NCBI GenBank assembly: GCA_965116925.1
Contig: OZ220744.1
Span: forward strand, 5,536,001 to 5,600,000
Length of the DNA stretch: 64,000 nucleotides
From: Candidatus Poribacteria bacterium
GTDB lineage: Bacteria; Poribacteria; WGA-4E; PCPOR2b
Direction of reading: 5' to 3'
Each line of letters starts with the position of its first letter. The stretch's first letter is position 1. A program made the position numbers and the translations under genes. The notes beneath the pieces are model-generated. The model worked only from the letters and a program-made list of their open reading frames with translations. It did no database searches and was not told where the DNA came from. This document shows positions 19,657 to 29,260 of the stretch, piece after piece.

Positions 19657-21333
19657 TCACTTCTTCGGAACAACCGGAAGCAGAATATGCGACGGATACT
19701 GGCTCGAATGATGAACCGTTTGCTGTGCTGATCGCATCTCTGTATCAACCCCTAACGTATTACCGGTGTTCGGGTTGCGATCAAAGCGTGGGAAGTTAGA
19801 GGAGGAGATTTCTACGCGGAGGCAATGTCCCTTTTGGAAAACGTTTCCGGTGACCGCAACATCAATTTCGTACTCATAAACCGTGTTCGGTTCGAGGAGC
19901 GTTGGGTTGGTGAAACTTTCGCGGTATCGGGCGCGAATAATCCCGTCGCATAGGTTCATCGCGTAACCTGTTGGCGAGACATCCACCAGTTTCGCTGTCC
20001 AGTCGGTGTCCAACCCATCGGTGGCAGCGTAGAGAACCACTTTAATTGGTCCGGTCACCTCCATGTCCTCTGCCATCGGTTCGCTGGTATAGCAGAGCAC
20101 ATCGCCGCGCATCTCCGCCGGACGTTGATCGTAGGGACCCCACGGAACGATATGGGGTGAACAGCAGTTGTTGCCGCCTATTGTTTGAACCGGGTAATGC
20201 GGATCGTAAACGAAGTGATCTGTCGGTTCATGCGCGGGTAGTTCGGTGGAAAGTTCTCCGTCGCCGAGCACAGAGTTCGCTTTGCCGTTTGAATGGAAAT
20301 ACCATTTCTGCCAATCTGTCCGTGTGAGGGGCCATTCATGCTCGTCACGCCACTCGTTGATCCCCATGATGAATAACCGCAATGGGGGTTCATCAACGAT
20401 TCCGTTATCAATTCCCTTGAGCCAGTAGTCGAACCAGCGCAGTTCTTCCCCGTCTAAGTCAACCAGCGAAGGCGCGCCGAAGTCTATATCGCCTGTGTGG
20501 GTGGAGGCACTCAGGGAGTGTGGCCACGGTCCAACGATAAGTTTGCTCTGCCGGGATTCAGGAGTCCGTCCACTCTGACGCAAGCCGTTGAAATTGATAA
20601 AGGTGTGTTGTGCATAGAGGTCATACCAACCGCCCATATTGAACGCGGGAGCAGCAATCTCACCCCATTTTGTCTCAACGTTGGTTGCGTCCCAATAGTC
20701 ATCGTAGGCTGCGTGTTCAATCCAATCTTTCCAAAACTGGAGTTTGCGTCCGGCGAGTTCATCCATCTCAATAAGCGGTAGTTTTCGGAACGCTTCCGTC
20801 CAGTGGTGATATTCAATGCTTTGGGCAGTCCGTCCATTGGTACGCATCCCCCACGTCATCAGCACATTGAGTTGAAACGCGCCGCCGGGGTAGGCTAATC
20901 CGGTGTAAAAGTCATTACAGATGACGCGAGGCACCATACAGGTCAGAAACTCGCTCCGATGGGGCGCGCTCTGCCACTGCACCAATCCTACATACGATCC
21001 GCCCGCCATACCGATTTTTCCGTTACACCACTCCTGCTGACCGATCCATTCCTGCATGTCGTAGCCATCTGGACCATGATTCGCAAAAGGGTAATGCTCG
21101 CCATCTGAATCCCAACGGCCTCGGACATCCTGAATCACGCAGGCGTAGCCGTTGTTTGCCAGTTGACGCGCTTTTTCGATCATTGTGTCCATGTTGTTAC
21201 TGTAAGGTGTGCGCATCAACACCGTTGGAAACTTCCCCTGCGCTTTCGGGAGATAGATATCTGATGAGAGATTGACTCCATCGCGCATCGGTGTCTTTAT
21301 ATTCAAACGCATTTCCACATCGTAATTCGACAT
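19657..21333 (-). CDS. CocE/NonD family hydrolase
   Basis: MRDGVNL, RTPY, GGSYVG, GGWYD, GPWPH, SSSNFPRFDRN. Confidence 0.93.
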   Translation of the reverse strand: MSNYDVEMRLNIKTPMRDGVNLSSDIYLPKAQGKFPTVLMRTPYSNNMDTMIEKARQLANNGYACVIQDVRGRWDSDGEHYPFANHGPDGYDMQEWIGQQEWCNGKIGMAGGSYVGLVQWQSAPHRSEFLTCMVPRVICNDFYTGLAYPGGAFQLNVLMTWGMRTNGRTAQSIEYHHWTEAFRKLPLIEMDELAGRKLQFWKDWIEHAAYDDYWDATNVETKWGEIAAPAFNMGGWYDLYAQHTFINFNGLRQSGRTPESRQSKLIVGPWPHSLSASTHTGDIDFGAPSLVDLDGEELRWFDYWLKGIDNGIVDEPPLRLFIMGINEWRDEHEWPLTRTDWQKWYFHSNGKANSVLGDGELSTELPAHEPTDHFVYDPHYPVQTIGGNNCCSPHIVPWGPYDQRPAEMRGDVLCYTSEPMAEDMEVTGPIKVVLYAATDGLDTDWTAKLVDVSPTGYAMNLCDGIIRARYRESFTNPTLLEPNTVYEYEIDVAVTGNVFQKGHCLRVEISSSNFPRFDRNPNTGNTLGVDTEMRSAQQTVHHSSQYPSHILLPVVPKK

Positions 21334-21351
21334 TTGTTTCCTCCTGTTTCT

Positions 21352-21382
21352 TTAGTTCATTAGTTCACTAGTTCATTAATGA
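21352..21382. repeat. Short 8-mer tandem repeat (TTAGTTCA)n
   Basis: TTAGTTCATTAGTTCACTAGTTCATTAATGA; near-identical copy at about 33198-33228. Confidence 0.6.
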
Positions 21383-21409
21383 ATCCATCCCCTATGCACC
21401 GCTTTCAAT

Positions 21410-22111
21410 TTATCCGTCAGCGAACTGTAAAGAGCCAAAATGTTGTGGACGATGATAATCGATCTCTCGGGTTGGCGACCATGCGGTGTATTCGTCTTCG
21501 GCTTCCGTTTTCCCGCGATCAATCCGATACAGGTTCATGCGCCAGATGTCTCCCGCTTTCGGTGGGATATTTGGGGCGGTCAGTAAGTCCTTGAATGGGA
21601 CAGCGATTTCACAGGACCAAGATGTATCCGGCGGACTGATAGTTCCTCTGTCGGCGGGGGAATTCGTTTTTGCCGTGCCGTCAACGGAGACTGCATGTTG
21701 CAACGTTTCGCTATCCCAATCGCGCAGCACGTGCATCTCCTGCCCGTGTGATTTGCCGTTGACAACGAAGGCATCGAACAACGTATTGAGGGGACTGACT
21801 TCAAGCTCGATGTATGTCCGGAGGTCGCAGTCTGGATCGAGAAAGACTTCGACCACCTCCTCATCATAGATATTCCCATCACGCTCGCGAATTGTTCCCC
21901 AGATGTCTTGATCATAACACAGAAATCCGACGTAGAGGTACTCGCTATTCCAGAGCAGCCGAACTTCTGTTGGTTGACGCGATTTTTCGCCGGTATCCGT
22001 CGTCAACAGTTCAATGACATCGGCCGATTTCCACGCGGCATCCGTGAGCGAACCATCAATTTTTATTTCGCCCTCAATCCGAACACAACCATATTGCGGC
22101 AATTCTATCAT
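21410..22111 (-). CDS. Carbohydrate-binding family 9-like protein
   Basis: IDGSLTDAAW, EVVEVFLDP, WRMNLYR, WSP...HRPQHFG. Confidence 0.85.
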   Translation of the reverse strand: MIELPQYGCVRIEGEIKIDGSLTDAAWKSADVIELLTTDTGEKSRQPTEVRLLWNSEYLYVGFLCYDQDIWGTIRERDGNIYDEEVVEVFLDPDCDLRTYIELEVSPLNTLFDAFVVNGKSHGQEMHVLRDWDSETLQHAVSVDGTAKTNSPADRGTISPPDTSWSCEIAVPFKDLLTAPNIPPKAGDIWRMNLYRIDRGKTEAEDEYTAWSPTREIDYHRPQHFGSLQFADG

Positions 22112-22144
22112 CGGTTTCTCCTTCGTCTAGCAATATTCTATGTT

Positions 22145-23227
22145 TTACGTTTCACGCATCACAAGATCAACCCCCAAACCGGGGCGATCGGAAAGTTCGA
22201 TATATCCAGAAACTACCCCCTCCGGCGGGTTCAGGAGTTCCCCCCGCCATTCCACCTCGCCCCATGCGAACTCTAGGATTGCAAAGTTCGGCACAGTTGC
22301 CATACACTGCACACTTGCCGCGGTTGCAACCGGACCGCTTGGGTTATGTGGGGTCATCATCACATTCGCTGCTTCTGCCATCGCTGCAATCTTTTTCAAT
22401 TCTAAGATACCACCAACATGCTTCACGTCTGACAGGATATAATCGGCGGCACGTTTTTCCAGAAGCCTCTGAAAGGCGGATTTGGTTCGTAACTGCTCTC
22501 CGGTTGCGATTGGCATTGAAGTGGATTGGCTGACGTGAGAAAGGGCATCCAGATTTGTCATAGGAATCGGATCTTCAAGCCAGAAGAGATGCAGGTCATC
22601 GAGGGCTTTCGCTGTCTGGACAATCAAGCCCGGGTTGAAACGGCTATGACAATCGACCATCAGGTCGATATCGGGGCCGATGGTTTCGCGGATACGGCGG
22701 ATCCGTTCAATCCCTGTCCGAATCGCAGGAGTCAAGGTGCCGTGGGATATATCTCGCATGGAAACATCGTCAAAAGGGGCGCACTTTACCGCCGTAAACC
22801 CTTCCTCAACTGCTTTTCGAGCATTTTGCGCGAAGCCTTCGGGGGTTCGGTTCACAGTTGCACGGTTGATGTTGGCATATAGACGAATCTTCTCTCGACA
22901 CTTGCCACCCAAGAGTTGATAGATGGGGACGTTCAACGCCTTGCCGACAAGATCCCAGAGCGCGTGTTCAAGTCCGCTGATTGCCGTATGATAGGGGCGT
23001 CCTTCACCCTCATTATAGAGCCGGCGGTGGAAGTCCTCAATTCGGAATATATCCCGACCAACGAGGGTGGAGTTGAGCCCTTCGATAATTTGCACTACGC
23101 GTCCGTCGTGACCGTGAGAGGCTTCTCCAATACCTGTCGAGCCATCTTCAGCATGGATTTTGACAAAGACCCAATCGCCACGATGGTTGATATCCACAGT
23201 ATGGGTTTCGATTACTTTAATTTTCAT
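22145..23227 (-). CDS. Mandelate racemase/muconate lactonizing (galactonate dehydratase-like) enzyme
   Basis: ALWDLVGK, MVDCH, WLEDP, ATGEQ, PHNPSGP; start likely at 23227. Confidence 0.88.
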   Translation of the reverse strand: MKIKVIETHTVDINHRGDWVFVKIHAEDGSTGIGEASHGHDGRVVQIIEGLNSTLVGRDIFRIEDFHRRLYNEGEGRPYHTAISGLEHALWDLVGKALNVPIYQLLGGKCREKIRLYANINRATVNRTPEGFAQNARKAVEEGFTAVKCAPFDDVSMRDISHGTLTPAIRTGIERIRRIRETIGPDIDLMVDCHSRFNPGLIVQTAKALDDLHLFWLEDPIPMTNLDALSHVSQSTSMPIATGEQLRTKSAFQRLLEKRAADYILSDVKHVGGILELKKIAAMAEAANVMMTPHNPSGPVATAASVQCMATVPNFAILEFAWGEVEWRGELLNPPEGVVSGYIELSDRPGLGVDLVMRET

Positions 23228-23234
23228 TTCATCC

Positions 23235-23639
23235 TCATTCAGTAGAACAGGTTTCAGATTCACAGTCCAATTTGCTCAAACGTGATCGATTCTTTGCGAT
23301 GATTAGGTACGCCCCCTTCAGCAGCGTCCGAACCACGGGCACAAGGTAGATCCATGTGATATAGCGATACTTGCCGAGTCGCTTATAAATTTGGTAGATG
23401 GTATCCGCTCCGCAGTAGACCTTCCCGTTTGCGTCAATGAACCGCATCCCTTCCTCCGATTCGATGGCTTCAAGCTGTGGATAGTGTGTGTAGAGGTCGG
23501 GGATTTGTTTGGGGGTATAGGTAAACTGGTCTGCCTGATCCTTGTTCTGAATTCGACGGATGCCGTTCAAGCAGAAATTGCATTCTCCATCGTAGATGAT
23601 AACGGGTTTGGTTGGTTTTGTTGTGTTGTCCGTTTTCAT
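23235..23639 (-). CDS. DCC1/DUF393 thiol-disulfide oxidoreductase family protein
   Basis: YDGECNFC motif; YLIIAKNR. Confidence 0.85.
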   Translation of the reverse strand: MKTDNTTKPTKPVIIYDGECNFCLNGIRRIQNKDQADQFTYTPKQIPDLYTHYPQLEAIESEEGMRFIDANGKVYCGADTIYQIYKRLGKYRYITWIYLVPVVRTLLKGAYLIIAKNRSRLSKLDCESETCSTE

Positions 23640-23749
23640 GAGTTAGATTCTCCTTTTGAGATGCCGATCTTTATGCGGGAAACCAGCCTTGCAGAACTTC
23701 ACGGAAGCGACGAAACAGCTCTTTCCAATCACGTTTGGAACACTATCCC

Positions 23750-25516
23750 CTACATCTCCTCAAGCGTTTCAATACCTAGCAGGGCTAAAGCTTTCTTGAT
23801 AACAGCTGCGGAAGCGTTTATCAGTGCCAATCGCGCTTTTATTAATGGAGGACTTTCCGCGGAAAGCACGGGGTGCTTGTGGTAGAATTGATTGACAGTT
23901 TGCGCGACGGTGAACAGATGATTACAGATACGAGCGGGGGAGAGATCCCTAGCGGCTTCTTCTACAACTTCGGGGAATTGAATCAGCGCACGAATCAGTT
24001 GCAATTCCTCCTCGTTTCCGAGCAGCGAAAAATCTGGTTCAACTGAGGTAAATTCTTGCGTTTGTGCCCTTCGTAGGATGCTTGCACAACGTGCGTAGGC
24101 ATACTGGCAATAGGGTCCAGTAAAACCATCGAAGGAGATAGATTCTTCCGGATCAAAGTTGATGGTGAGTTCGGGCCGGACGCGCAGCAGATAGAATTTA
24201 ATCGCCGCCATCCCAATCGCAAAGGCACGTTTCTGTACCTCCGCGTCCGATAGCCTGCCCTCCGAGTCGCGTCTCCGAATTTCATCTGCGGCAAGCTGAA
24301 ACATCTCTTCAATGAGGTCATCGGCATCAATCACTGTCCCTTCACGCGATTTCATTCTTCCTCCTGGCAGATTCACCATGCCGTAGGATAGGTGATAGCA
24401 CTCCGGTGCCCATTCAAAGCCGAGCATATCGAGCAGTTTGAATAAACACTGGAAATGGTAGTTCTGCTCTGAACCGACGACATAGATGGAACGATCGAGT
24501 TGATGCTCGTCAAACTTCATCTTTGCTGTTCCGAGGTCCTGCGTGATATAAACGCTGGTGCCGTCGCTACGGAGCAGCGTCTCCACCTTCTGGCTTCCAT
24601 CCCTTTGTGTGCCGAATTCGTCAACGGGCAATTTGGCTATCACAGCCCCGTCTTCAGCCACGACGAAGGCACCCTTATCCAGACCGGTTTGGATGAGATC
24701 TTTGCCGAGATTGTAGGTCTGGGACTCGTAGTAGAAAGCGTCGAATTCTAAGCCGAGTTTTTGATAGGTTTCGCCGAATCCATCGTAGACCCACCCGTTC
24801 ATCGTCTCCCAGAGTTTAAGCGTCTCTGGATCACCGGATTCCCACTTCCGAAGCATCCCCTGCGTCTCTTGTTCCAGATCTGGGTGCTTCTTTTCTTCTT
24901 GTGCGTAACGGACATACCAATCCCCAACAAAGTGATCGCCCTTCGTGTCGGTCGTCTCCGGTGTCCCACCATCTGCCCACTTCAGCCAAGCAAGCATTGA
25001 TTTGCAGATGTGGACACCACGATCATTCACGAGGTTTGCCTTAATCACCGTATGCTCTGTCGCTTCAAGCAGGTTTGATACCCCCATTCCGAGGACACCG
25101 TTGCGGATATGTCCTAAGTGCAGAGGTTTATTGGTATTAGGGGAGAGATATTCGACCATCACCCGCTGTCCCCGCCCTATATCGGTGTTTCCAAGACGCT
25201 CCCCCTGTTGTGCGATCTCATCACATACACCGCCGAATAGAGCGTGATCGTCAATCTTAACGTTCAAATAGGGACCAACCGCCCTCACCGATTGGATCGA
25301 TTCGTTCGGTTCGATCTCGTCTGCAATTGCTTGGGCAATTTGGGCTGGGTTTTGCCGAAATTGTTTTGCTAGCGGGAAGCATTCTATCGTAAAGTCACCC
25401 AATTCGACCTGTGGTGGATACCCTAGTTTGAGGGCTTCCGGTTTTTGTCCAAATCGGTTTTGGCAGGCGGTTTCTATTGTAGTTAGAATTTCGGTTTTAA
25501 TACTGCTAATTAACAT
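23750..25516 (-). CDS. argS: Arginine--tRNA ligase
   Basis: SPNTNKPLHLGHIRN (HIGH), MKSREG, GPYCQYAYAR, C-terminal LEEM. Confidence 0.97.
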   Translation of the reverse strand: MLISSIKTEILTTIETACQNRFGQKPEALKLGYPPQVELGDFTIECFPLAKQFRQNPAQIAQAIADEIEPNESIQSVRAVGPYLNVKIDDHALFGGVCDEIAQQGERLGNTDIGRGQRVMVEYLSPNTNKPLHLGHIRNGVLGMGVSNLLEATEHTVIKANLVNDRGVHICKSMLAWLKWADGGTPETTDTKGDHFVGDWYVRYAQEEKKHPDLEQETQGMLRKWESGDPETLKLWETMNGWVYDGFGETYQKLGLEFDAFYYESQTYNLGKDLIQTGLDKGAFVVAEDGAVIAKLPVDEFGTQRDGSQKVETLLRSDGTSVYITQDLGTAKMKFDEHQLDRSIYVVGSEQNYHFQCLFKLLDMLGFEWAPECYHLSYGMVNLPGGRMKSREGTVIDADDLIEEMFQLAADEIRRRDSEGRLSDAEVQKRAFAIGMAAIKFYLLRVRPELTINFDPEESISFDGFTGPYCQYAYARCASILRRAQTQEFTSVEPDFSLLGNEEELQLIRALIQFPEVVEEAARDLSPARICNHLFTVAQTVNQFYHKHPVLSAESPPLIKARLALINASAAVIKKALALLGIETLEEM

Positions 25517-25525
25517 CCTTCCCTC

Positions 25526-25987
25526 CTACTTTTCTTCGTTAGGCTGGGAAGGGAAAAGCCTTTCGTCATCAAAGTCATAATCGTCAAGTTCGTCATATGC
25601 TTCTTCATCTTCCTCATATTCATCAACGGTTTCCACATCGGGAACTTCAATCTGTGGAGCGTCAGCCCAAAGGCGTTCGAGATTATAGTATTCCCGCTTA
25701 TCTTCGAGAAAAATATGTACCACAAAGTCAACGTAGTCTAGCAAGACCCAGTCTGCATCACGGCCCCCTTCTCGATGCCAAGGACGTTCATTCCATTTGT
25801 CCGCCAGTTCGTCTCGCACGGCCTCGGATATACCTTCGACCTGTGTATCTGAGATACCACTACAGATGACGAAAAAGTTTGTAAACGAGGGTAACTGTCT
25901 TAAATCGAGGATAACCGCATTGCGAGCCCGTCGGCTCAAGGCGGTAGCAGCAGCGGCTTGTACCATTTCTAACATATTTTCTTGCAT
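25526..25987 (-). CDS. rsfS: Ribosome silencing factor (with acidic C-terminal tail)
   Basis: FFVICSG, WVLLDYVDFVVHIF, REYYNLERLWADA. Confidence 0.95.
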   Translation of the reverse strand: MQENMLEMVQAAAATALSRRARNAVILDLRQLPSFTNFFVICSGISDTQVEGISEAVRDELADKWNERPWHREGGRDADWVLLDYVDFVVHIFLEDKREYYNLERLWADAPQIEVPDVETVDEYEEDEEAYDELDDYDFDDERLFPSQPNEEK

Positions 25988-26026
25988 GTTATTCCTCCTT
26001 TTTGTCGTGGCTGGATTTTTTGAGAG

Positions 26027-27502
26027 CTATTCACAGGTATAGCTTAGAAGTAACTCTTTTTCGGGTTGAGATACTCGGTGATTTAGATAATTTCTTTCGT
26101 GGATATAGTAAATTTCAAGTGATGTGAGCTGTTTCTGACCCGTATGCGTCTCGTTCCAACGCTGGCAAAGATAACGTGCGTAATCCTCTTTGAACCCCAA
26201 GGGTCTGAAATATCTACGCCATCGATGGTTCTTGTAGATGGCAATTACAAGTTCTGGTTTTTTCCAACTCACTGTTCTATCCGGGTTGAGAAGATTGACC
26301 TTGGTTCCATCTTGAAGTTCACCAACGATTACATGCCATCCATCTTTTCTCGGTGGTCCCCTAAACAGTCCCCACCACTGATCTAATCTCAAAGTATACC
26401 CGATCGACTGAACAGCCATGGGAAAGGAAAGTGCGGGATTGACCGTCCTTAGATTCCACATCAGAACGTAAAGCAGAAAAAACAGAGCGAGTGCGTTCTT
26501 CCAAATCGCCTGCTCCCGGATTGGGGAATCAGTCCTCTGAACTAGCGTTTTGAACTTTCCTAAGAATTGGTCCCAAAACCAACTCGGAATAAACAGTAAC
26601 CAACTCGCCATGCAGATGTAAGTAAACAGCCACAATTCCAGAGCAAGTCCCATACTGAAGTGAAAAACCGTGAAACTGACGATAACGAGGCAGCGCACCG
26701 GACCCGAAAAAAACGGTGAGAACGCAAGCAGCGGTCCAAATGCTTCGAGTCCCATCGTGGCGTAGGTAAGAAACTTCAACAACAGCGGATGGGATTCGAG
26801 CAGCAACTTTCCAAAGTTTGTAACGTATCGGTCAAGCATCAGCGCGTAATAGACACCGGTGCCTCTGATTAACCAACTCTTGGTTGATTTTAATATGACC
26901 GAAAACCAGTATACAAAGCATATCTGTAGTAAGGCAGCGACTGTACCTCCTGAAAAGATGACGTTAGATTCTTGGAATTGATGCGGGTTTCTTAAATGGT
27001 CAATGGAGTAACGTGCTCCAAGCGGCAAAAACATTCCCCAAAAGAGCAATAGACATAGTAGATAATCACCGCCCTGCATCAGAAGCCAATTTCGAGAATT
27101 CAAGGAAATTGTCAGGAACCAAACGATAGGTGTCACCAAACGGGTATGGTAGCCTAAAAGCAACCCGACCGCAAATAACCCCGCAATAATGAACAGAGCG
27201 GTTTGGAATTCTATTGAGCCGTTAAGCAGATGTACAGATACACGCCATTTTGCGGAGTGCTTAATGACTCTATCTATCGGTAGAACACCACGATCTGTAT
27301 AGTGCGATTCTAAGTCGATAGCACGTGTGATGAGATCTACGATGATTATAAGTGCGATGCTGATGCGAAAGACTGCTAGTGAACGCAGATCGATTCCAAA
27401 TAATTCTTGTGCTTTTAACTTCCAGTGATGAAGTCGAGATTGATTACGGAACATGTTCAACTTTTCGCATACTTGAACCGATAGTGCTACTGGACCTGTC
27501 AA
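26027..27502 (-). CDS. HTTM-domain membrane protein
   Basis: IDLRSLAVFRI, YTDRGVLP, FLPLGARYSID, LDQWWGLF, NHRWRRY; multiple TM segments; true start may be about 27454. Confidence 0.82.
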   Translation of the reverse strand: MTGPVALSVQVCEKLNMFRNQSRLHHWKLKAQELFGIDLRSLAVFRISIALIIIVDLITRAIDLESHYTDRGVLPIDRVIKHSAKWRVSVHLLNGSIEFQTALFIIAGLFAVGLLLGYHTRLVTPIVWFLTISLNSRNWLLMQGGDYLLCLLLFWGMFLPLGARYSIDHLRNPHQFQESNVIFSGGTVAALLQICFVYWFSVILKSTKSWLIRGTGVYYALMLDRYVTNFGKLLLESHPLLLKFLTYATMGLEAFGPLLAFSPFFSGPVRCLVIVSFTVFHFSMGLALELWLFTYICMASWLLFIPSWFWDQFLGKFKTLVQRTDSPIREQAIWKNALALFFLLYVLMWNLRTVNPALSFPMAVQSIGYTLRLDQWWGLFRGPPRKDGWHVIVGELQDGTKVNLLNPDRTVSWKKPELVIAIYKNHRWRRYFRPLGFKEDYARYLCQRWNETHTGQKQLTSLEIYYIHERNYLNHRVSQPEKELLLSYTCE

Positions 27503-27653
27503 CTTTAGAACTTAGTATCTCAGCGCGGGAAAACCAGATGCCCCGCCTACAGTTGGCTGCGTCAATCCGAGAACTGATGGATGGGACAGCGAGTCCCCCG
27601 CGTCAATCCAACTCAATTGAATTCTCCCTCCATTAAATTGAACTTAATACACA

Positions 27654-28277
27654 CTACTCTGGTTCGCCGATTTCGTGGAGTGCACTGTTATAGGCATCTA
27701 TTGTATGTGGATGAATGAGGACACCTTTGGCGAGAAGGTGTTCAATTTTGTAACGACTGACTTCAAAAACGGCTTTGTTCAAATCTTGATAGGCAAGCTC
27801 ACGCACAGCATGTGCCTCCGCGTGGTTGCGCTTCGGTTCAGCAAAGTCCGTGACATACAGGATCTTGTCGATAAGCGTCATCTCGCCAGATCCGGTTGTG
27901 TGGATTCGGATGGCGTTGAGGATTTCAGGGTTATCAATGTCGAAGTGGGTAACAGCGAGCATCGCTCCAACGGGCGCGTGCACAAGCGACGGGTTGTGGC
28001 ACTCGATTTCATCAAGTTGAATCTCGTGGTTTGCCGCCGCTTCATACTGTTCTGAAGTCCGCATCCACTTCGCACAATCGTGTAGAAGGACAGCGAGGTT
28101 CACCTTCCGCAAATCCGCGCCATATTTCTTCGCCAAGTCAAGTGCTAACTCTCGAACAGATAGGACGTGCGTATATCGTGCTGGCGTTAATTTGGATTTG
28201 AGATATTTTTCAATCTCAGCGGCTTTTGGTTCTGCAAGCAGCACTGTTTTTTCAATGTCGTCGTTATTCTTCTTCAT
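27654..28277 (-). CDS. yqeK: HD-domain Ap4A hydrolase YqeK
   Basis: RYTHVLSV, LLHDCAK, HAPVGA, IRIHTTG, DFAEPKR; nadD/rsfS context. Confidence 0.9.
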   Translation of the reverse strand: MKKNNDDIEKTVLLAEPKAAEIEKYLKSKLTPARYTHVLSVRELALDLAKKYGADLRKVNLAVLLHDCAKWMRTSEQYEAAANHEIQLDEIECHNPSLVHAPVGAMLAVTHFDIDNPEILNAIRIHTTGSGEMTLIDKILYVTDFAEPKRNHAEAHAVRELAYQDLNKAVFEVSRYKIEHLLAKGVLIHPHTIDAYNSALHEIGEPE

Positions 28278-28518
28278 TTGTAATTTCGTCCACTTCTCCC
28301 ACATCAAGCAAAAACTGTGCGAGTGCTTCTTTTTCTTCATCTGCCATCAGGTCAGCATTCGGCAGTGGCGCACTGATCTTGTACTCTTCGCCAAACCATT
28401 TACCCAGATCTATTGACTTGCAGCGCGCGCTACAGAAGGGAAAGTTTGGCGGTAATTTCCCACCCGGTTTGTAATCAAATTCGCTAACTGTTCCGCAGAC
28501 ACTACATTTGTGTTTCAC
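28264..28518 (-). CDS. yacG: DNA gyrase inhibitor YacG
   Basis: CSVC...FPFCSARCKSIDLGKWFGEEYKI. Confidence 0.9.
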   Translation of the reverse strand: MKHKCSVCGTVSEFDYKPGGKLPPNFPFCSARCKSIDLGKWFGEEYKISAPLPNADLMADEEKEALAQFLLDVGEVDEITNEEE

Positions 28519-28594
28519 TATCCGCTCACCCCTTTAAAAAACCTAATTTTTTACACGATAGTTTTTATAAGAACAATAAATAAGGTTCTCCGAT

Positions 28595-29176
28595 TTACCT
28601 ATATAGCTGATGACGTTCAATATACTTCCAGACAGGTTCTGGAACGAGGTATCGAATGGACTGTCCGGATCGGATGCGTTTACGAATCTGAGTTGCGGAG
28701 ATATCAACCCCCGTTATCGAAAAATATTGGACGCGGTCTCGAAGATCTGAGGGAACTTTGTCCAAGCAGTAGTTAGGACGTGTAGTGGCGATGAAGCGAC
28801 AGATGTTGAGAATCTCATCATAATCCTTCCAGATCTTAAAGTCAATGAGTGAATCGGCACCGATAATAAACGCGAGATCACATCCTTCTCCGTAAAAGGC
28901 TTGTAACTCTTTGATGGTCTGAATAGCAAAAGATGGACCGACACGATCCAACTCAATCCGCGACACCTCAAAATCAGAGTTATCCTTGGTTGCGAGAAGG
29001 GTCATTTGATAGCGGTGTTCTGGATCGATGATGTCCCGCGAATCTTTATGGGGGGGACGGGCAGATGGGATAAAGAGGATCTTATCATAGCCCAAGCCAT
29101 CACACACCTCCTCCGCACTCAACAGATGGGCATAGTGGATAGGGTTGAATGTACCCCCCATAATGGCGATTTTCAT
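28595..29176 (-). CDS. nadD: Nicotinate-nucleotide adenylyltransferase
   Basis: GGTFNPIHYAH, PPHK, IIGADS, ISATQIR. Confidence 0.95.
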   Translation of the reverse strand: MKIAIMGGTFNPIHYAHLLSAEEVCDGLGYDKILFIPSARPPHKDSRDIIDPEHRYQMTLLATKDNSDFEVSRIELDRVGPSFAIQTIKELQAFYGEGCDLAFIIGADSLIDFKIWKDYDEILNICRFIATTRPNYCLDKVPSDLRDRVQYFSITGVDISATQIRKRIRSGQSIRYLVPEPVWKYIERHQLYR

Positions 29177-29260
29177 CTTTGCCCTCTACTTTCATCAACG
29201 CCAGTGAGTCAGATATAGTTACCCGTTGAGTCCTGATGTGCTCTGAACATAAAATACATT

